Shown: one piece after another, positions 1-9,847 of the stretch
Layout of the letters: each line of letters starts with the position of its first letter
Numbering within the stretch: the first letter of the stretch is position 1
Source of the DNA: Planctomycetota bacterium
GTDB lineage: Bacteria > Planctomycetota > SZUA-567 > H5-PLA8
NCBI GenBank assembly: GCA_027493525.1
Contig: JAOSKN010000004.1
Location: 14,868-78,867 of the forward strand
Direction: 5' to 3'
DNA length: 64,000 nucleotides
Notes under the pieces: generated by a model
Databases searched by the model: none
What the model was told of the DNA's origin: nothing
Seen by the model: only the letters and a program-made list of their open reading frames with translations
Program-made: the position numbers and the translations under genes

Positions 1-23
1 AGTTCTCCCGCCGCTGCGGCGAG

Positions 24-1103
24 ATGGGCCTCTACGACCGCGCCATCGACCACCTGCGCATGGCCGAGGCCGTCGATCCGCGCGTGAAGGAGACGAGCAA
101 GGAATATTACGAGGAGCTGCTGAACAAACACGCCGACAAGGAGGCCGAGAAGCTGTACCTGAGCCTGCTGCGCGACTACTACGGCGGCTCGTACGAGCGC
201 GCGCTGGACAAGATCGAGCTGCTCAAGTCGAACTTCCCGAACAGCCCGTACTACACCAAGGTGGACGGCCTCTCGCCGCAGATCGAAAAGGAGTACCTCG
301 CCGACTTCTCGAAGAATGTAATCCGGATGTACTACACCCTGACGCTCGACCTGATCCGCGAGCAGTTGTCCAAGCGCGTGCCGGTGGACGCGAAAGGACG
401 AATGCTCCCGACGCTGCCCGGGAAGCTGGTCACGACGACGAAGAACCACATCTTCCGCGGAAAGCTGCTGGCCGAAACGGCGGATACGCTCACGCTCCAG
501 GACGGCGAAATGCGCGTGGACATCCCCAAGAAGTACATCATGACCCTGCGCGACGTGGACCTCTCGGCGCAAGGGGCCGCGCGCATGGAAGGCCCGACCT
601 TCGCGTACATGAAGCGCTACGTGACCGACAAGAACGGCGGCCTGGGCAAGGACCTGCTCAAGCGCATCGCGCAGGCGCTGCGCTCGAAAGAGGAGCGCGT
701 CAAGGACGCCTGGGAAGGGCGCTTCAACCGCACGGCCAAGTACGACGGCACGCAGGTCGTGAAGACGCCGATCTACACGACGCTGCACACCGCCGACTAC
801 GGCCCCGGCGCGTGGCTCCGCGACGGCAGCGGCGTGCCCGAGCCCGAGGGCAACACTTTCGCCGACAACTCCGACGACCCCGAAGTCTGGTGGCGCGCGC
901 AGCCCAGCGGCGTGCGCGAGCAGGTGCTAAAAGCCTTCGCCGCGGAGGCGCTCTTCCGCGTGAAGAGCCAGTTCGGGGACACTTGTTCGCAGTGCGGCGG
1001 GCGCGGGGTGATGGAAATTTTCAACACGCAGGGCAGCACGGCCTACACGCGCTGCCCGGCCTGCCGCGGGCGCGGGGCGGCGCGCGTGATCAACTACGAA
1101 TGA
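24..1103 (+). CDS. Hypothetical protein with C-terminal DnaJ-type zinc finger (CxxCxGxG x2); probably 5'-truncated by the window edge
   Basis: Long ORF with normal amino-acid composition. C-terminus has CSQCGGRG and CPACRGRG. The frame is open to nt 3, so the true start may lie upstream. Shares architecture with 40231..41244. Confidence 0.7.
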   Translation: MGLYDRAIDHLRMAEAVDPRVKETSKEYYEELLNKHADKEAEKLYLSLLRDYYGGSYERALDKIELLKSNFPNSPYYTKVDGLSPQIEKEYLADFSKNVIRMYYTLTLDLIREQLSKRVPVDAKGRMLPTLPGKLVTTTKNHIFRGKLLAETADTLTLQDGEMRVDIPKKYIMTLRDVDLSAQGAARMEGPTFAYMKRYVTDKNGGLGKDLLKRIAQALRSKEERVKDAWEGRFNRTAKYDGTQVVKTPIYTTLHTADYGPGAWLRDGSGVPEPEGNTFADNSDDPEVWWRAQPSGVREQVLKAFAAEALFRVKSQFGDTCSQCGGRGVMEIFNTQGSTAYTRCPACRGRGAARVINYE

Positions 1104-1196
1104 GCGCGCGCCCCGCTCGAAATCCTCCGGAAGTTGCGGATCATGCGCGTCCCTGGGCCGTCTCCAAGGAGAGCCACCGGCCCCTGGAGACGCCGC

Positions 1197-2111
1197 ATGC
1201 CCGTTCGATTCCTCCTGCTCGCCTGTCTGGGTTCGTGCCTGGCGCCACGCGGCGCCCTCGCGGCCGAGCCGGAACCCGCCGCCGCTCCGGAGCACGCCGC
1301 GAAGCTGCTCGGCTGCTGGCAGGCCGAGGACCCCAAGTTCCGGATCCGCTTCGAGCCCCGGCGCGCCGGCTTCGACCTCGACGGCGAGGTCCAGGCGTGC
1401 GGCGTGAGCTACGAAGCCGGCGCGTTCACGACCGTCAGCATGGGCCGCGCGCGCAGGTTCGCGTACGCCTTCGACGGCGAAACGCTGCGCCTGGACCTCG
1501 GCGACGGCGCGCGGAACTGGACGAGGCTGGCGCGGGTCCCCGAGACGCTGAACTTCGACCCGCTGCCGCTGGGCGAGGCCAAGGCGCTGCCGGCCGAGCG
1601 CGTCAAGGCGCTGCAGGAGGAGCTGCTGAAGCGCGGCGCCGAGGACCAAGCCGTGCGCACGAACCCCGAACGCAGGGCGGACTGGAGCCGAGTGGACGCC
1701 GAGAACACCGCGTGGCTGATGAAGCTCGTCCAGGAGGTCGGCTGGATCGACGCCGAACGCTTCGGGCCGGAGGTGAGCAACCAGGCGTTCCTGCTCGTCC
1801 AGCACAGCATGAACCCGCGCCTGATGCAGGCGGCGCTCCCCGAGATCGAGAAAGACACCAAGGCGGGCAGCATCGACGCGCAGTCCTTCGCGCTGCTCCA
1901 CGACCGCTTGAGCCTGATGCTCGGCGGCAAGCAGCGCTTCGGCACGCAGATCGGCGCCAACGAGCAAGGCGAGGCCGTCGTGCTGCCGCTCGAGGACCGC
2001 GCCAAGGTCGAGCAGCTCCGCAAGGAGATCGGGCTCTTCCCGCTGAAGGATTACCTGGCGATGTTCGAGAAGATGGGCCGCGGAAAGGTGAAGTTCGCCG
2101 ACGACGAGTAG
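1197..2111 (+). CDS. Secreted hypothetical protein
   Basis: ORF 1134..2111. The internal ATG at 1197 gives signal peptide MPVRFLLLACLGSCLAPRGALA. Non-biased composition. No family recognised with confidence. Confidence 0.65.
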   Translation: MPVRFLLLACLGSCLAPRGALAAEPEPAAAPEHAAKLLGCWQAEDPKFRIRFEPRRAGFDLDGEVQACGVSYEAGAFTTVSMGRARRFAYAFDGETLRLDLGDGARNWTRLARVPETLNFDPLPLGEAKALPAERVKALQEELLKRGAEDQAVRTNPERRADWSRVDAENTAWLMKLVQEVGWIDAERFGPEVSNQAFLLVQHSMNPRLMQAALPEIEKDTKAGSIDAQSFALLHDRLSLMLGGKQRFGTQIGANEQGEAVVLPLEDRAKVEQLRKEIGLFPLKDYLAMFEKMGRGKVKFADDE

Positions 2112-2123
2112 CCTGCGGCGGCG

Positions 2124-2651
2124 TCAGCCGCCGGGCTGCGCGGCCTCGTCCCGCGGGACCGGCGGGGCTTCCGCCGGCAGCGTCTTGCCCGACCCGCCGA
2201 TCCCGCCCGGCACGGAGGCCGGCGGCGGGGCGCCCACCAGGTAGAGCGGCGGCGAACCGTCGGCGCAATCCACGCGCAGCTCGTCGATGGTCCAGGCGCC
2301 GTTCGCCCGCGTCGCGCGCACGATCGCGGAGCCCTGGCCCTGGGGCCCCGAGATGCCGAAGTCCAGCGCGGCGCTCCCCGAGGTATTAGAAACCTGGATG
2401 TTCCCGCTCACCGACCACGCGGCTTCAATGGGCGCGCCGAGTTTCGCGCGCACGCGCGGGTCGGCCTTGATCTGCTTCAACGCCGACTGGTACGGCGTGC
2501 TGGACTTCATCGAATAGAAGATGGCCGAGAGTACGCCGAAGCAGCCGCCGGCCGAGAGCAGCAGCAGCGCGGCGCAGCCCACCGGCAGCAGCCAGCCGTG
2601 CCGCGCGAGGAGTCCCGGAGGGACCGGGCGGGAAACCGCCTGCTGGGTCAT
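2124..2651 (-). CDS. Membrane-anchored Coa1-like (cytochrome oxidase assembly protein 1 family) protein
   Basis: Single N-terminal TM helix, then SSTPYQSALKQIKADPRVRAKLGAPIE...GNIQVSNTSGSAAL...ANGAWTIDELRV, the pattern typical of bacterial Coa1-domain proteins. Confidence 0.55.
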   Translation of the reverse strand: MTQQAVSRPVPPGLLARHGWLLPVGCAALLLLSAGGCFGVLSAIFYSMKSSTPYQSALKQIKADPRVRAKLGAPIEAAWSVSGNIQVSNTSGSAALDFGISGPQGQGSAIVRATRANGAWTIDELRVDCADGSPPLYLVGAPPPASVPGGIGGSGKTLPAEAPPVPRDEAAQPGG

Positions 2652-2720
2652 GCGCGCATTCTACTCCCGGAGTACCGCGCCGCGAAAGTTCCCGACCCCT
2701 GCTGTGACCCGTTACCGCCG

Positions 2721-3654
2721 TCAGGGCTGGGCAAGGCGCGCGAGCGCCTCGGCCGGCGTGCGCCCCGCCGCGTCCCGGGCCAGCGGTTCGGCGCCGGCGT
2801 CGAGGAGTAATTCCATCGCGGCGGCCCGCGCCTTGTACGCGGCCGCATGCAGCGGCGTGCGGCCCTGCTTGTCCGCCGCGTCGAGCGCCGCGCCGCGCTT
2901 GAGCAGCAGCTTCAGCAGTTCATCGAAGCCCGCTTCGGCGGCAAGGTGCAGGGGGCGTCCGCCCCGAGCGGGTTCGGGCGTTTACGTTCGCGCCGCGCTT
3001 GAGCAGCAGTTCGGCGAGGTTCTTCGCGTTGGCGCGGGCGGCCTCGTGCAGGGGGGTCTCGCCGCCGCCGGAGCGCGCATCGACGGCCGCGCCGCGTTCG
3101 AGCAGCAGGTTCGCGACATCCTTCGCGCCGTAGGCGGCGGCCCAGTGCAAAGGCGTGACGCCGCTGGCGGCGCGGGCGTCGACCTCGGCCCCGGCCTCGA
3201 GCAGCCTCCGGGCGAGGCCGGCCTCGGCCTCGACCGCCGCGCGATGCAGCGCCGTCCCGGCGTTGCTCTGCGCGTCCAAGTCCGCGCGCTGCGCCAGCAG
3301 CCAGGCGACGGCGGCCTCTTGATGCGCGCGCACGGCGGCGATGAGCGGGGTCTCGCCGTTCCCGTTGGGCGCGTCCAGGTCCGCGCCTTCCCGATGCAGC
3401 CACGCCAGCACGTCCTTCCGCCCGCCCCGCGCGGCGGCATGCAGCGGCGTGTTGCCGCCGGGGTCGGCTTCCTTCAGCCGCTCGGGCGAGGCGGCCAGCA
3501 GCGCTTTGACGCGCTTGAGGTCGCCGCGCTCCGCGGCTTCGTGCAGGTCCGGCTCCAGCGCCCGGGCCGGGATGGAAAACAGTTGCAAGAGCGCGAGGAG
3601 TGGAAGTAAGCGCACGCCTGTTTTCGCTCCAGAATATCCGTTTCGGCTCAGCAT
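2721..3654 (-). pseudogene. Secreted ankyrin-repeat protein, split by a +1 frameshift in a G5/C5 run
   Basis: Repeated G-TPLH-AA...G......LL..GA motifs, with signal peptide from the ATG at 3654. ORF 2920..3720 ends prematurely. Ankyrin repeats (TPLHLAAEAGFDELLKLLLKRGAALDAADKQGRTPLHAAAY...) continue in another frame to the stop at 2721. The switch is at the G5 run 2951-2955. Confidence 0.8.
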
Positions 3655-3771
3655 TGAGCTTGCTTGCGCGCGCGTAAAGTGGAGAAAGGCCCGTGGAGGC
3701 CGGGGCTTCGGTGTACGCAACGGGCGCGGATGGACCTTCGCCGGACTCGTGGCCTTTCAGGAAAACCCGAC

Positions 3772-4875
3772 ATGACGCGCCAGCCTTTCGACCCAAAGAC
3801 TCCCTGTGCCGCGCTGCTGCTCGCGGCCTGCGCGAGCCTGGCCGCCGGCGAGGAGCCCGCCTTCCGGCGCGGGGTCAACGCGGCCGGCCCCGAGTTCGGC
3901 GGCGCGCTGCCCGGCAAGGTCCACAAGGATTACACCTTCAACAACGAGGCCACCTTCAAATACTTCGCCGAGAAGGGCCTCGACCTGTTCCGCGTGCCGC
4001 TCAAGTGGGAGCGCCTGCAAACCGAACTTGGCGGCGAACTCGACGCGGAGTACCTCCAGCACCTGAAGCAGAACGTGGCGTGGGCCAAGGCGCACGGCGG
4101 GCAGGTGCTCCTCGACCTGCACAACTACGGGCGGCGGCGCGTGAAACTCGGCGAGGCCTGGAAGAGCGTCGTCATCGACGTGGAAGTCGAGGGCGAGGTC
4201 CGCGTCACGCGCGCCCATTTCGTGGACATCTGGCTCAAGCTCTCCAAGGAGTTCAAGGACGAGCCGGCCGTCTGGGGCTACGGGCTGATGAACGAGCCGC
4301 ACGACATGGGCACGTCCGACTGGAAGGCGATCTCGAACGCCGCGGTCAAGGCGCTGCGCGATTCCGGCGACTTAAAAACGATCCTCGTCGCGGGCCTGCA
4401 CTGGTCCAACTCCGCGGACTGGGGCAAGCACAACGGCCCGAAGAGCTGGATCGACGACCCCTCCGGGCGCTTTCTGTACGAAGCGCACTGCTACTTCGAT
4501 TCCGACCGCAGCGGGTCTTACAAGAAATCCTACGAGGAGGAACTCAAGCGCGACCCTGACCTCGCCCGCGTCGGCGTGCGGCGGCTCAAGGACTTCGCGG
4601 ACTGGTGCAAGGAGAACAAGGTCGGCGGGTTCCTCGGCGAATTCGGCGTCCCGCGCGACGATCCGCGCTGGTATACCGAAGTCCTCAAGAACTTCATGCG
4701 CGGCCTCGACGAAGCCGGCATGGGCGGGACGTACTGGGCCGCCGGGATCTTCTGGGGCGATAACTATAAGCTGAGCGTCCATCCCGCCGAGAAGTTCACC
4801 CAGGACCGCCCGCAGCTCGCCGTGTTGCTCGAACATCTCGCGCCACGGCAGGGGACAGGGGACAGGGGACAGTAA
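3772..4875 (+). CDS. Glycoside hydrolase family 5 (cellulase-like), secreted
   Basis: RGVNAAGPEFG, LDLHNYGR, acid/base motif LMNEPH and nucleophile motif GEFG. Signal peptide from the ATG at 3772. The last codons (GTGDRGQ*) lie inside a heptamer array. Confidence 0.85.
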   Translation: MTRQPFDPKTPCAALLLAACASLAAGEEPAFRRGVNAAGPEFGGALPGKVHKDYTFNNEATFKYFAEKGLDLFRVPLKWERLQTELGGELDAEYLQHLKQNVAWAKAHGGQVLLDLHNYGRRRVKLGEAWKSVVIDVEVEGEVRVTRAHFVDIWLKLSKEFKDEPAVWGYGLMNEPHDMGTSDWKAISNAAVKALRDSGDLKTILVAGLHWSNSADWGKHNGPKSWIDDPSGRFLYEAHCYFDSDRSGSYKKSYEEELKRDPDLARVGVRRLKDFADWCKENKVGGFLGEFGVPRDDPRWYTEVLKNFMRGLDEAGMGGTYWAAGIFWGDNYKLSVHPAEKFTQDRPQLAVLLEHLAPRQGTGDRGQ

Positions 4876-5116
4876 GCAGTGAACAGTAAGCAGTGAACAG
4901 TAAGCAGTGAACAGTAAGCAGTGAACAGTAAGCAGTGAACAGTGAACAGTGAACAGTGAACAGTAAGCAGTGAACAGTGAACAGTGAACAGTGAACGGCA
5001 CACTAAATAGCAGCTTGCGGTAACTATAAAGGGGCCATGCTTTGCATGTCCATTTCATTCCACCGTTCACCGTTGACTGTTCACCGCTGACTGTTCACCG
5101 TTGACTGTTCACCGCT
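4849..5116. repeat. Inverted pair of 7-bp-period tandem arrays (CAGGGGA/CAGTAAG/CAGTGAA units, ~70-bp spacer, then CCGTTCA/CTGTTCA/CCGCTGA units)
   Basis: Direct reading: 4849-4996 is about 21 heptamers, and 5060-5116 is about 8 heptamers of the complementary type. Lies between GH5 (+) and the HAD gene (+). Confidence 0.95.
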
Positions 5117-5197
5117 GTTTTCCGCATGGCGCATGAAATTCCGCTGGCCGGCGGCTTACCATGGGGGTATAGTGTACTAGTTCACTAGGAGCCACCC

Positions 5198-5926
5198 ATG
5201 CCGCGCTACCGCGCCGTCTTTCTCGACTTCGGGAACACCCTGGCGCCGGAGAACCCCGTGCCGCTGCCCGCGCGGCTGCGGCGGACCTGCGCGGAGCGAT
5301 TCCCGGGCTTGCGCCTGAGCCTGCCCGACGAAGACGCGGCCTTGCAGCGCCTGCATCGAAGCTGCTCCGAGCGCGCCGGCTGGCCGGTTCATCCCGAGAC
5401 CAACGAAGGATACGAGGCCTTCTATACGCGCTGGGCGCGCGCGCTGCTCGAGGCGCTGGGCCTGCCGGCCGGGGAGAGCGAGCAGGTCGCCGCGGAGTTC
5501 GGGGAGGCCTTCCGCGACCTGTCCGACTCCACGCGCGTCCCCTACCCCGATTGCGTCGAGACGCTTGACCGGCTCGCGCGCGCCGGCTGCCGGCTCGCGG
5601 TGATCTCCAACAACGACGGCCGGCTCTTGCGGCGGATGACCTACATGGGCCTGGCCGGGCGCTTCGAGTTGATCGCGGACAGTTCGATCGTGCGCAGCAG
5701 CAAACCCGACGCGGGAATTTTCATGCGCGGCCTGGAGGGCCTGGGCGTCGCGCCGGCGGAGGTGCTCCACGTCGGCGACCTTTACGGCCCCGACGTGATC
5801 GGCGCGGGCCGCCTGGGCATCGACGCGGCGTGGCTGCGGCGCGGCGACCCGGAGCCGGCGGAACCTTCGCACGCGCCGAAGTACGTCATCGAACAATTGG
5901 CCGAGCTGCCGGCGCTGGTGGGGTAG
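5198..5926 (+). CDS. HAD-superfamily hydrolase (subfamily IA-like)
   Basis: N-terminal FLDFGNTL (motif I variant), ISNNDG, SSKPD and HVGDLYGPDVIGA motifs. Confidence 0.75.
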   Translation: MPRYRAVFLDFGNTLAPENPVPLPARLRRTCAERFPGLRLSLPDEDAALQRLHRSCSERAGWPVHPETNEGYEAFYTRWARALLEALGLPAGESEQVAAEFGEAFRDLSDSTRVPYPDCVETLDRLARAGCRLAVISNNDGRLLRRMTYMGLAGRFELIADSSIVRSSKPDAGIFMRGLEGLGVAPAEVLHVGDLYGPDVIGAGRLGIDAAWLRRGDPEPAEPSHAPKYVIEQLAELPALVG

Positions 5927-5962
5927 CGCTTGGATTGGGCAATGACAAATAGCCTAGTCGTT

Positions 5963-6000
5963 CCTGTTCACCGTTCACCGTTCACTGTAGACCGTTCACT
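5963..6000. repeat. Short heptamer array (CTGTTCA/CCGTTCA units) overlapping the 3' end of the minus-strand gene
   Basis: cctgttcaccgttcaccgttcactgtagaccgttcact. It encodes the C-terminal ...STVNGER* of 5968..7068. Confidence 0.9.
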
Positions 6001-7068
6001 CGTCTCCAACTCCCCTCCCCCGCTCTTCCGCCCGCCGAAGATGTAAAACGGCCCGGCGACGGTAATCCGCAGCAGCAGGGCCAGGATGTGGAAGGCGAAG
6101 GCGAGGGCGCCCCCGGCGCCGGCGGGCTGGCTGAGCAACTCCACAAAGAGGTTTTCAAACGCGAATTCGCCGAAGCCGAAGCCGCCGGCAAAACCGAAGA
6201 CGTTGATGAACAGGGCGATCGGAATGACGACCATGCCCGCCGAAAGGTCGAAGTGCAGGCCCATCCCCTGCGCCAGCGCCAGGACGGAAACGCACCAGAC
6301 GGCGTGGTTGAGCACGGAGAGCGCGAGCGTGGCGAGGATCAGCCCGGGCTTCTGGCTCAGGCTCGAGAAGCCCTGATAGATCTTCTCGAACTTCTCGGGA
6401 AAGGGCAGCTTGCCCATCAGCTTCTGGCGCAGCGCGCTCCGGCGGGCCCAGGGGGAGGCCAGCAGCGCCAGCACGAGCAGCGAACCGGAGCAGATCGCGA
6501 GCAGGATGTCGCGGACGTGGACCAGGCGCGGGTCGGCGGCGATCGTCTCCCCGCCCAGCAGGCAGGCCAGCAGCCCGAAACAGAGCAGCCCCCAGAGGCC
6601 CATGATGCGGTCGAGGAGCACGCAGAGCGCCGCGACGCCGCGGCGCCCTTTCCCGTAGGCCTGGGCGACGTACAGCATCTTCATCAGGTCGCCGCCGGTG
6701 CCGGGCGTCGCCACGTTCCAGAATTCGCCGATCATCGTCCAGAGCACCGCGCGGCCGAGCGAGCACGGCAGCTCCAGGCCGCCGAGCAAGACCTTGAAGC
6801 GCAGCGACGAGATGAAGAAGCTCGGCAGCACGAGCAGCACGCTCGCCCCGACCCAGTTCCAGGATTGAGGCTTCAGCTTCCGGAAATCGATGCTGCCGGT
6901 GAAGTACAGCGCGGACATGATCGCGACGGCCAGGCCGAGCTTGAACAGCGTATGGTTCACCACGCGCCCGGCGGCCTTGAGCGCCCGGACGGTGGGGTGC
7001 CCCGTTCCGGAGGCGTCGGGACGATCGGATGGCGGCGGAGCGTCGCTCATCGGCGCGGATGCGTCCAT
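5968..7068 (-). CDS. Flippase-like / lysylphosphatidylglycerol-synthase TM-region family membrane protein
   Basis: Multi-pass membrane protein (about 8 TM helices) with ...LRFKVLLGG...WNVATPGTGGDLMKMLYV... typical of the UPF0104/LPG_synthase_TM family. Start chosen at the ATG at 7068; the upstream part of the ORF is Arg-rich noise. Confidence 0.6.
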   Translation of the reverse strand: MDASAPMSDAPPPSDRPDASGTGHPTVRALKAAGRVVNHTLFKLGLAVAIMSALYFTGSIDFRKLKPQSWNWVGASVLLVLPSFFISSLRFKVLLGGLELPCSLGRAVLWTMIGEFWNVATPGTGGDLMKMLYVAQAYGKGRRGVAALCVLLDRIMGLWGLLCFGLLACLLGGETIAADPRLVHVRDILLAICSGSLLVLALLASPWARRSALRQKLMGKLPFPEKFEKIYQGFSSLSQKPGLILATLALSVLNHAVWCVSVLALAQGMGLHFDLSAGMVVIPIALFINVFGFAGGFGFGEFAFENLFVELLSQPAGAGGALAFAFHILALLLRITVAGPFYIFGGRKSGGGELETSERSTVNGER

Positions 7069-7241
7069 GGGAAGGCACCACGCTAAACGACGGCATCGAA
7101 ACGCGAAACGTAAAACGTGAAATGGACCGCTGGCCCGGCCGCGAAGGCAAGCGCGGCATTCATGCGAGAAAAGTTCGCGCAGACGGCGCGATTCGGACGC
7201 AGGTGGACGTAAAAAGAGGAAGCGCGCGCGGTAGGCGGGCC

Positions 7242-7988
7242 TTATTTCTTCCGCTGCTCGAAGAGCCACGCCCACAGCTCCGCGGTGGCGTAGGCTTGCG
7301 ACCAACTGTTGTGCTCGACCCCGGGATATTCCGTGTACTTCACCGCGCCTCCGGCCTTCTCCAGGGCGGCCTTCAGGTCGCGCGAGTACGTCACCGGCAC
7401 GACCCCGTCCTTTTCGCCGTGAAAGGCCCAGATCGGCACCTTGGCGAGCCGTTCCGCGTCCTCGGTGCTCCACGCCCCGCAGATCGGGACGGCCGCCGCG
7501 AAGAGTTCCGGGTGCCGTGCCGCAGCGCCCCAGGCGCCCATCCCGCCCATCGACTGCCCCGTCACGTAGACTCGCGCCGGGTCAATCGGCTCCCGCGCCA
7601 GCTTCTCCTTCAGGGCTTCGATGACCTGCGCCAGGCGCTCGACCTTCTTCCCCATGCGGCCGAGTTTCTCCTTCATCGCCGGCGTATCGGGAAAGGCCCA
7701 AAGTTCGTCCGCGCCGAACTTGGGCGCCATCACGAAGCAGGGGAACTTCTCCTGCATCGGGGTTTCGGCGAGGACCTTGGCCGCCTCGCTGCCGCCTCCG
7801 GCCCCATGCAGGCACAGCACCAGCGGATACTTCTCGCCGGGTTTGAGCGCCTTGGGCGCCAGCCAGCGGTACGCCAGGTCCACGCCGCCGGCGCCGCGGA
7901 AGGTCTGTTCGGTCAAGCCCCCTCCCCTCTTTTCTCGCGCGGCTTCTTCTCCCCGCCCCACGCCGGCGCCAGCGCCAGCAGAAGGCAC
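7242..7988 (-). CDS. Alpha/beta-hydrolase (carboxylesterase / prolyl-oligopeptidase-type serine hydrolase)
   Basis: LVLCLHGAGG, nucleophile elbow GQSMGG, FHGEKDGVVP and VEHNSW. A good signal peptide (MSDLRLAVLAGCLLLALAPAWG, ATG near 8020) sits just upstream in another frame, suggesting a frameshift between 7915 and 8000. Confidence 0.8.
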   Translation of the reverse strand: MPSAGAGAGVGRGEEAAREKRGGGLTEQTFRGAGGVDLAYRWLAPKALKPGEKYPLVLCLHGAGGGSEAAKVLAETPMQEKFPCFVMAPKFGADELWAFPDTPAMKEKLGRMGKKVERLAQVIEALKEKLAREPIDPARVYVTGQSMGGMGAWGAAARHPELFAAAVPICGAWSTEDAERLAKVPIWAFHGEKDGVVPVTYSRDLKAALEKAGGAVKYTEYPGVEHNSWSQAYATAELWAWLFEQRKK

Positions 7989-8135
7989 CCCGCGAGGACG
8001 GCAAGACGAAGGTCGGACATGGGGCGGCCTCCCGAGCGGACTTTATAACGATACCCGGTATAATACATCGATTCGAACGCCCGCGCAATACCGCTCCGCA
8101 TACCGCTTTCCCGCGACCCAGGGCGCCGCATGCCT

Positions 8136-8426
8136 GCGTCACGTGACGCAAGATCCCGCGCCGCAGGGTCCAGCATCACGTGACGCTGCCTCACGGGATG
8201 CCGCGGCGCCAGGCACAGGGAGGGAACTTCCCGCGATTCGGCCTGCGGCGGCGCGGCGTCCCGTGACGATGCTTCATGCAGCGCCGCGGAGTGGAGTATG
8301 GGCTCCCGCACAGCAAAGCGCCGGGGTGCGGAGGACCGTTTGAAGGGCAGAGGGGACGCGGGATGCCGCAGGGCGGAGAAAAAAATCGCGGAAACCTTCA
8401 AGCCGCCGTCCCGCGCTGCCGATGCC
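8136..8426. repeat. Cluster of ~14-nt GC-rich palindromic REP-like units (GCGTCACGTGACGC and variants)
   Basis: Units at 8136-8149 (perfect palindrome), 8173-8186, 8188-8201, 8256-8272, 8353-8366 and 8406-8426. Located in the divergent spacer between the esterase and parA. Confidence 0.75.
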
Positions 8427-8634
8427 TGTACTGTACCGGTGAGGAACGCGGCGCCGTCAGGCCGACCCACTCGAAACTCGATGTTTAACGAGGTCCAGGG
8501 GCTCGGGCGACCGAACCCCCCACGGTTTCCCGGCCCCTGGACCCCACCCCCCGAGGACAGCCCGCGAAGGCCGCGCGTCGTCCCGCCCCCGGCGGGCCGC
8601 CGCCTTACCGCGCCGGGCCGGAGGAACCGCCTCG

Positions 8635-9453
8635 ATGAAGACCGTCGCCGTGATCAACCAGAAGGGCGGTACGGGCAAGACCACCACCGCCGTCAACCTC
8701 GCCGCGGCCTGCGCCGCGCGCGGCTACTGGGTCCTGCTGGTGGACCTCGACCCGCAGAGTTCGGCCGCCTACAGCCTGGGCCTGGACCCCGCGCGCGAGC
8801 CGGCCACGCTGGCCCGCGCGATCCTCGACGAGCGCCCGCTCGTGGACATGATCCGCACCACCGGCATCGAAGGCGTCGAGGTCGTCCTTGGCGGGCCGGA
8901 ACTGGCGACGCTCGAACTGCGCATCAAGAATCCGCTCACCGCCGTCCGCGTCCTGGCGCGACTGCTCGAACCGGTCAAGCCCGCCTACGACCTCTGCATC
9001 ATGGACGCCCCTCCGGCGCTCTCGCTGATGTTCACCAACGCGCTCAGCTCCGCCGACGGGCTGCTCGTGCCGGTCACGCCGTCCTTTCTTTCCGCGAAGG
9101 GCCTCGAAGCGCTGATGGCCACCATCGACGAGGCCCGCGCGGACTTGCAGGTCAACCCCGAACTCCTCGGCATCGTGCTGACGATGGTCGACAAGCGCCT
9201 GGCGCTGGACAAGGAAGTCGAAGCCAACCTGCGCTCGGTCTTCGGCGCCAAGGTCCTGGAACAGACGATCCGGCTCACCGTGCGCCTGAAAGAGGCCCCC
9301 GGGCACTTCCGCTCGATCTTCACCCACGCGCCGGGCAGCTCCGGCGCGCAGGACTACGACGCGCTCGCCGACGAGGTGCTCGCCCGGCTGAAGCTCCCGG
9401 TCCGGCAGGAGAAGGAAACAGAGGTTATCGAGGTCTCGGCGGCGGGAGGGTAG
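8635..9453 (+). CDS. parA: ParA/Soj-family partition ATPase
   Basis: Deviant Walker A, KGGTGKTT. VLLVDLDPQ motif. SD GGAGGAA lies upstream of the ATG. Confidence 0.9.
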   Translation: MKTVAVINQKGGTGKTTTAVNLAAACAARGYWVLLVDLDPQSSAAYSLGLDPAREPATLARAILDERPLVDMIRTTGIEGVEVVLGGPELATLELRIKNPLTAVRVLARLLEPVKPAYDLCIMDAPPALSLMFTNALSSADGLLVPVTPSFLSAKGLEALMATIDEARADLQVNPELLGIVLTMVDKRLALDKEVEANLRSVFGAKVLEQTIRLTVRLKEAPGHFRSIFTHAPGSSGAQDYDALADEVLARLKLPVRQEKETEVIEVSAAGG

Positions 9454-9464
9454 GGGCCTCTAAT

Positions 9465-9847
9465 CTGTGATCTGTGGTCTGTGATCTGTGGTCTGTGGTC
9501 TGTGATCTGTGATCTGTGGTCTGTGATCTGTGGTCTGTGATCTGTGGTCTGTGATCTGTGGTCTGTGATCTGTGGTCTGTGATCTGTGGTCTGTGATCTG
9601 TGGTCTGTGATCTGTGGTCTGTGATCTGTGGTCTGTGATCTGTGGTCTGTGATCTGTGGTCTGTGATCTGTGGTCTGTGATCTGTGGTCTGTGATCTGTG
9701 GTCTGTGATCTGTGGTCTGTGATCTGTGGTCTGTGATCTGTGGTCTGTGGTCTGTGATCTGTGGTCTGTGATCTGTGGTCTGTGATCTGTGGTCTGTGGT
9801 TCGTAGCACAGATTACAGATTACAGATTACAGAATACAGATTACAGG
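9465..9847. repeat. 336-bp microsatellite (about 48 CTGTGAT/CTGTGGT heptamers), 6-nt spacer, then a 41-bp inverse array (ACAGATT units)
   Basis: Read directly. It is the longest array in the window and starts 12 nt after the parA stop. Confidence 0.97.

Noticed and set aside
812-2389. Very long overlapping ORFs rich in Arg/Pro/Ala/Gly (e.g. 812..2389, 13146..15449, 18198..21515, 55606..57690, 51733..54297)
   Set aside because: Their composition is typical of off-frame or antisense reading of high-GC coding sequence. Each overlaps a gene with clear family motifs on the other frame or strand.
8136-8149. parS site (TCACGTGA core) upstream of parA
   Set aside because: Only the central 8 bp match canonical parS, and the flanks (GCG…CGC) differ from TGTT…AACA. 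The unit belongs to a local REP-like family, and no parB is present. Kept only as a low-interest note.
9465-9800. Possible CRISPR array (long regular repeat region)
   Set aside because: The period is 7/14 bp with no unique spacers, and there are no cas genes in the window. It is a microsatellite, not a CRISPR array.
9354-9809. ORF encoding TDHRSQTTDHRPQI… repeats (and similar ORFs 4372..5070 and 4764..5003)
   Set aside because: These are pure translations of the heptamer arrays. They have no start context, and they overlap the parA 3' end or intergenic DNA. Treated as non-coding.
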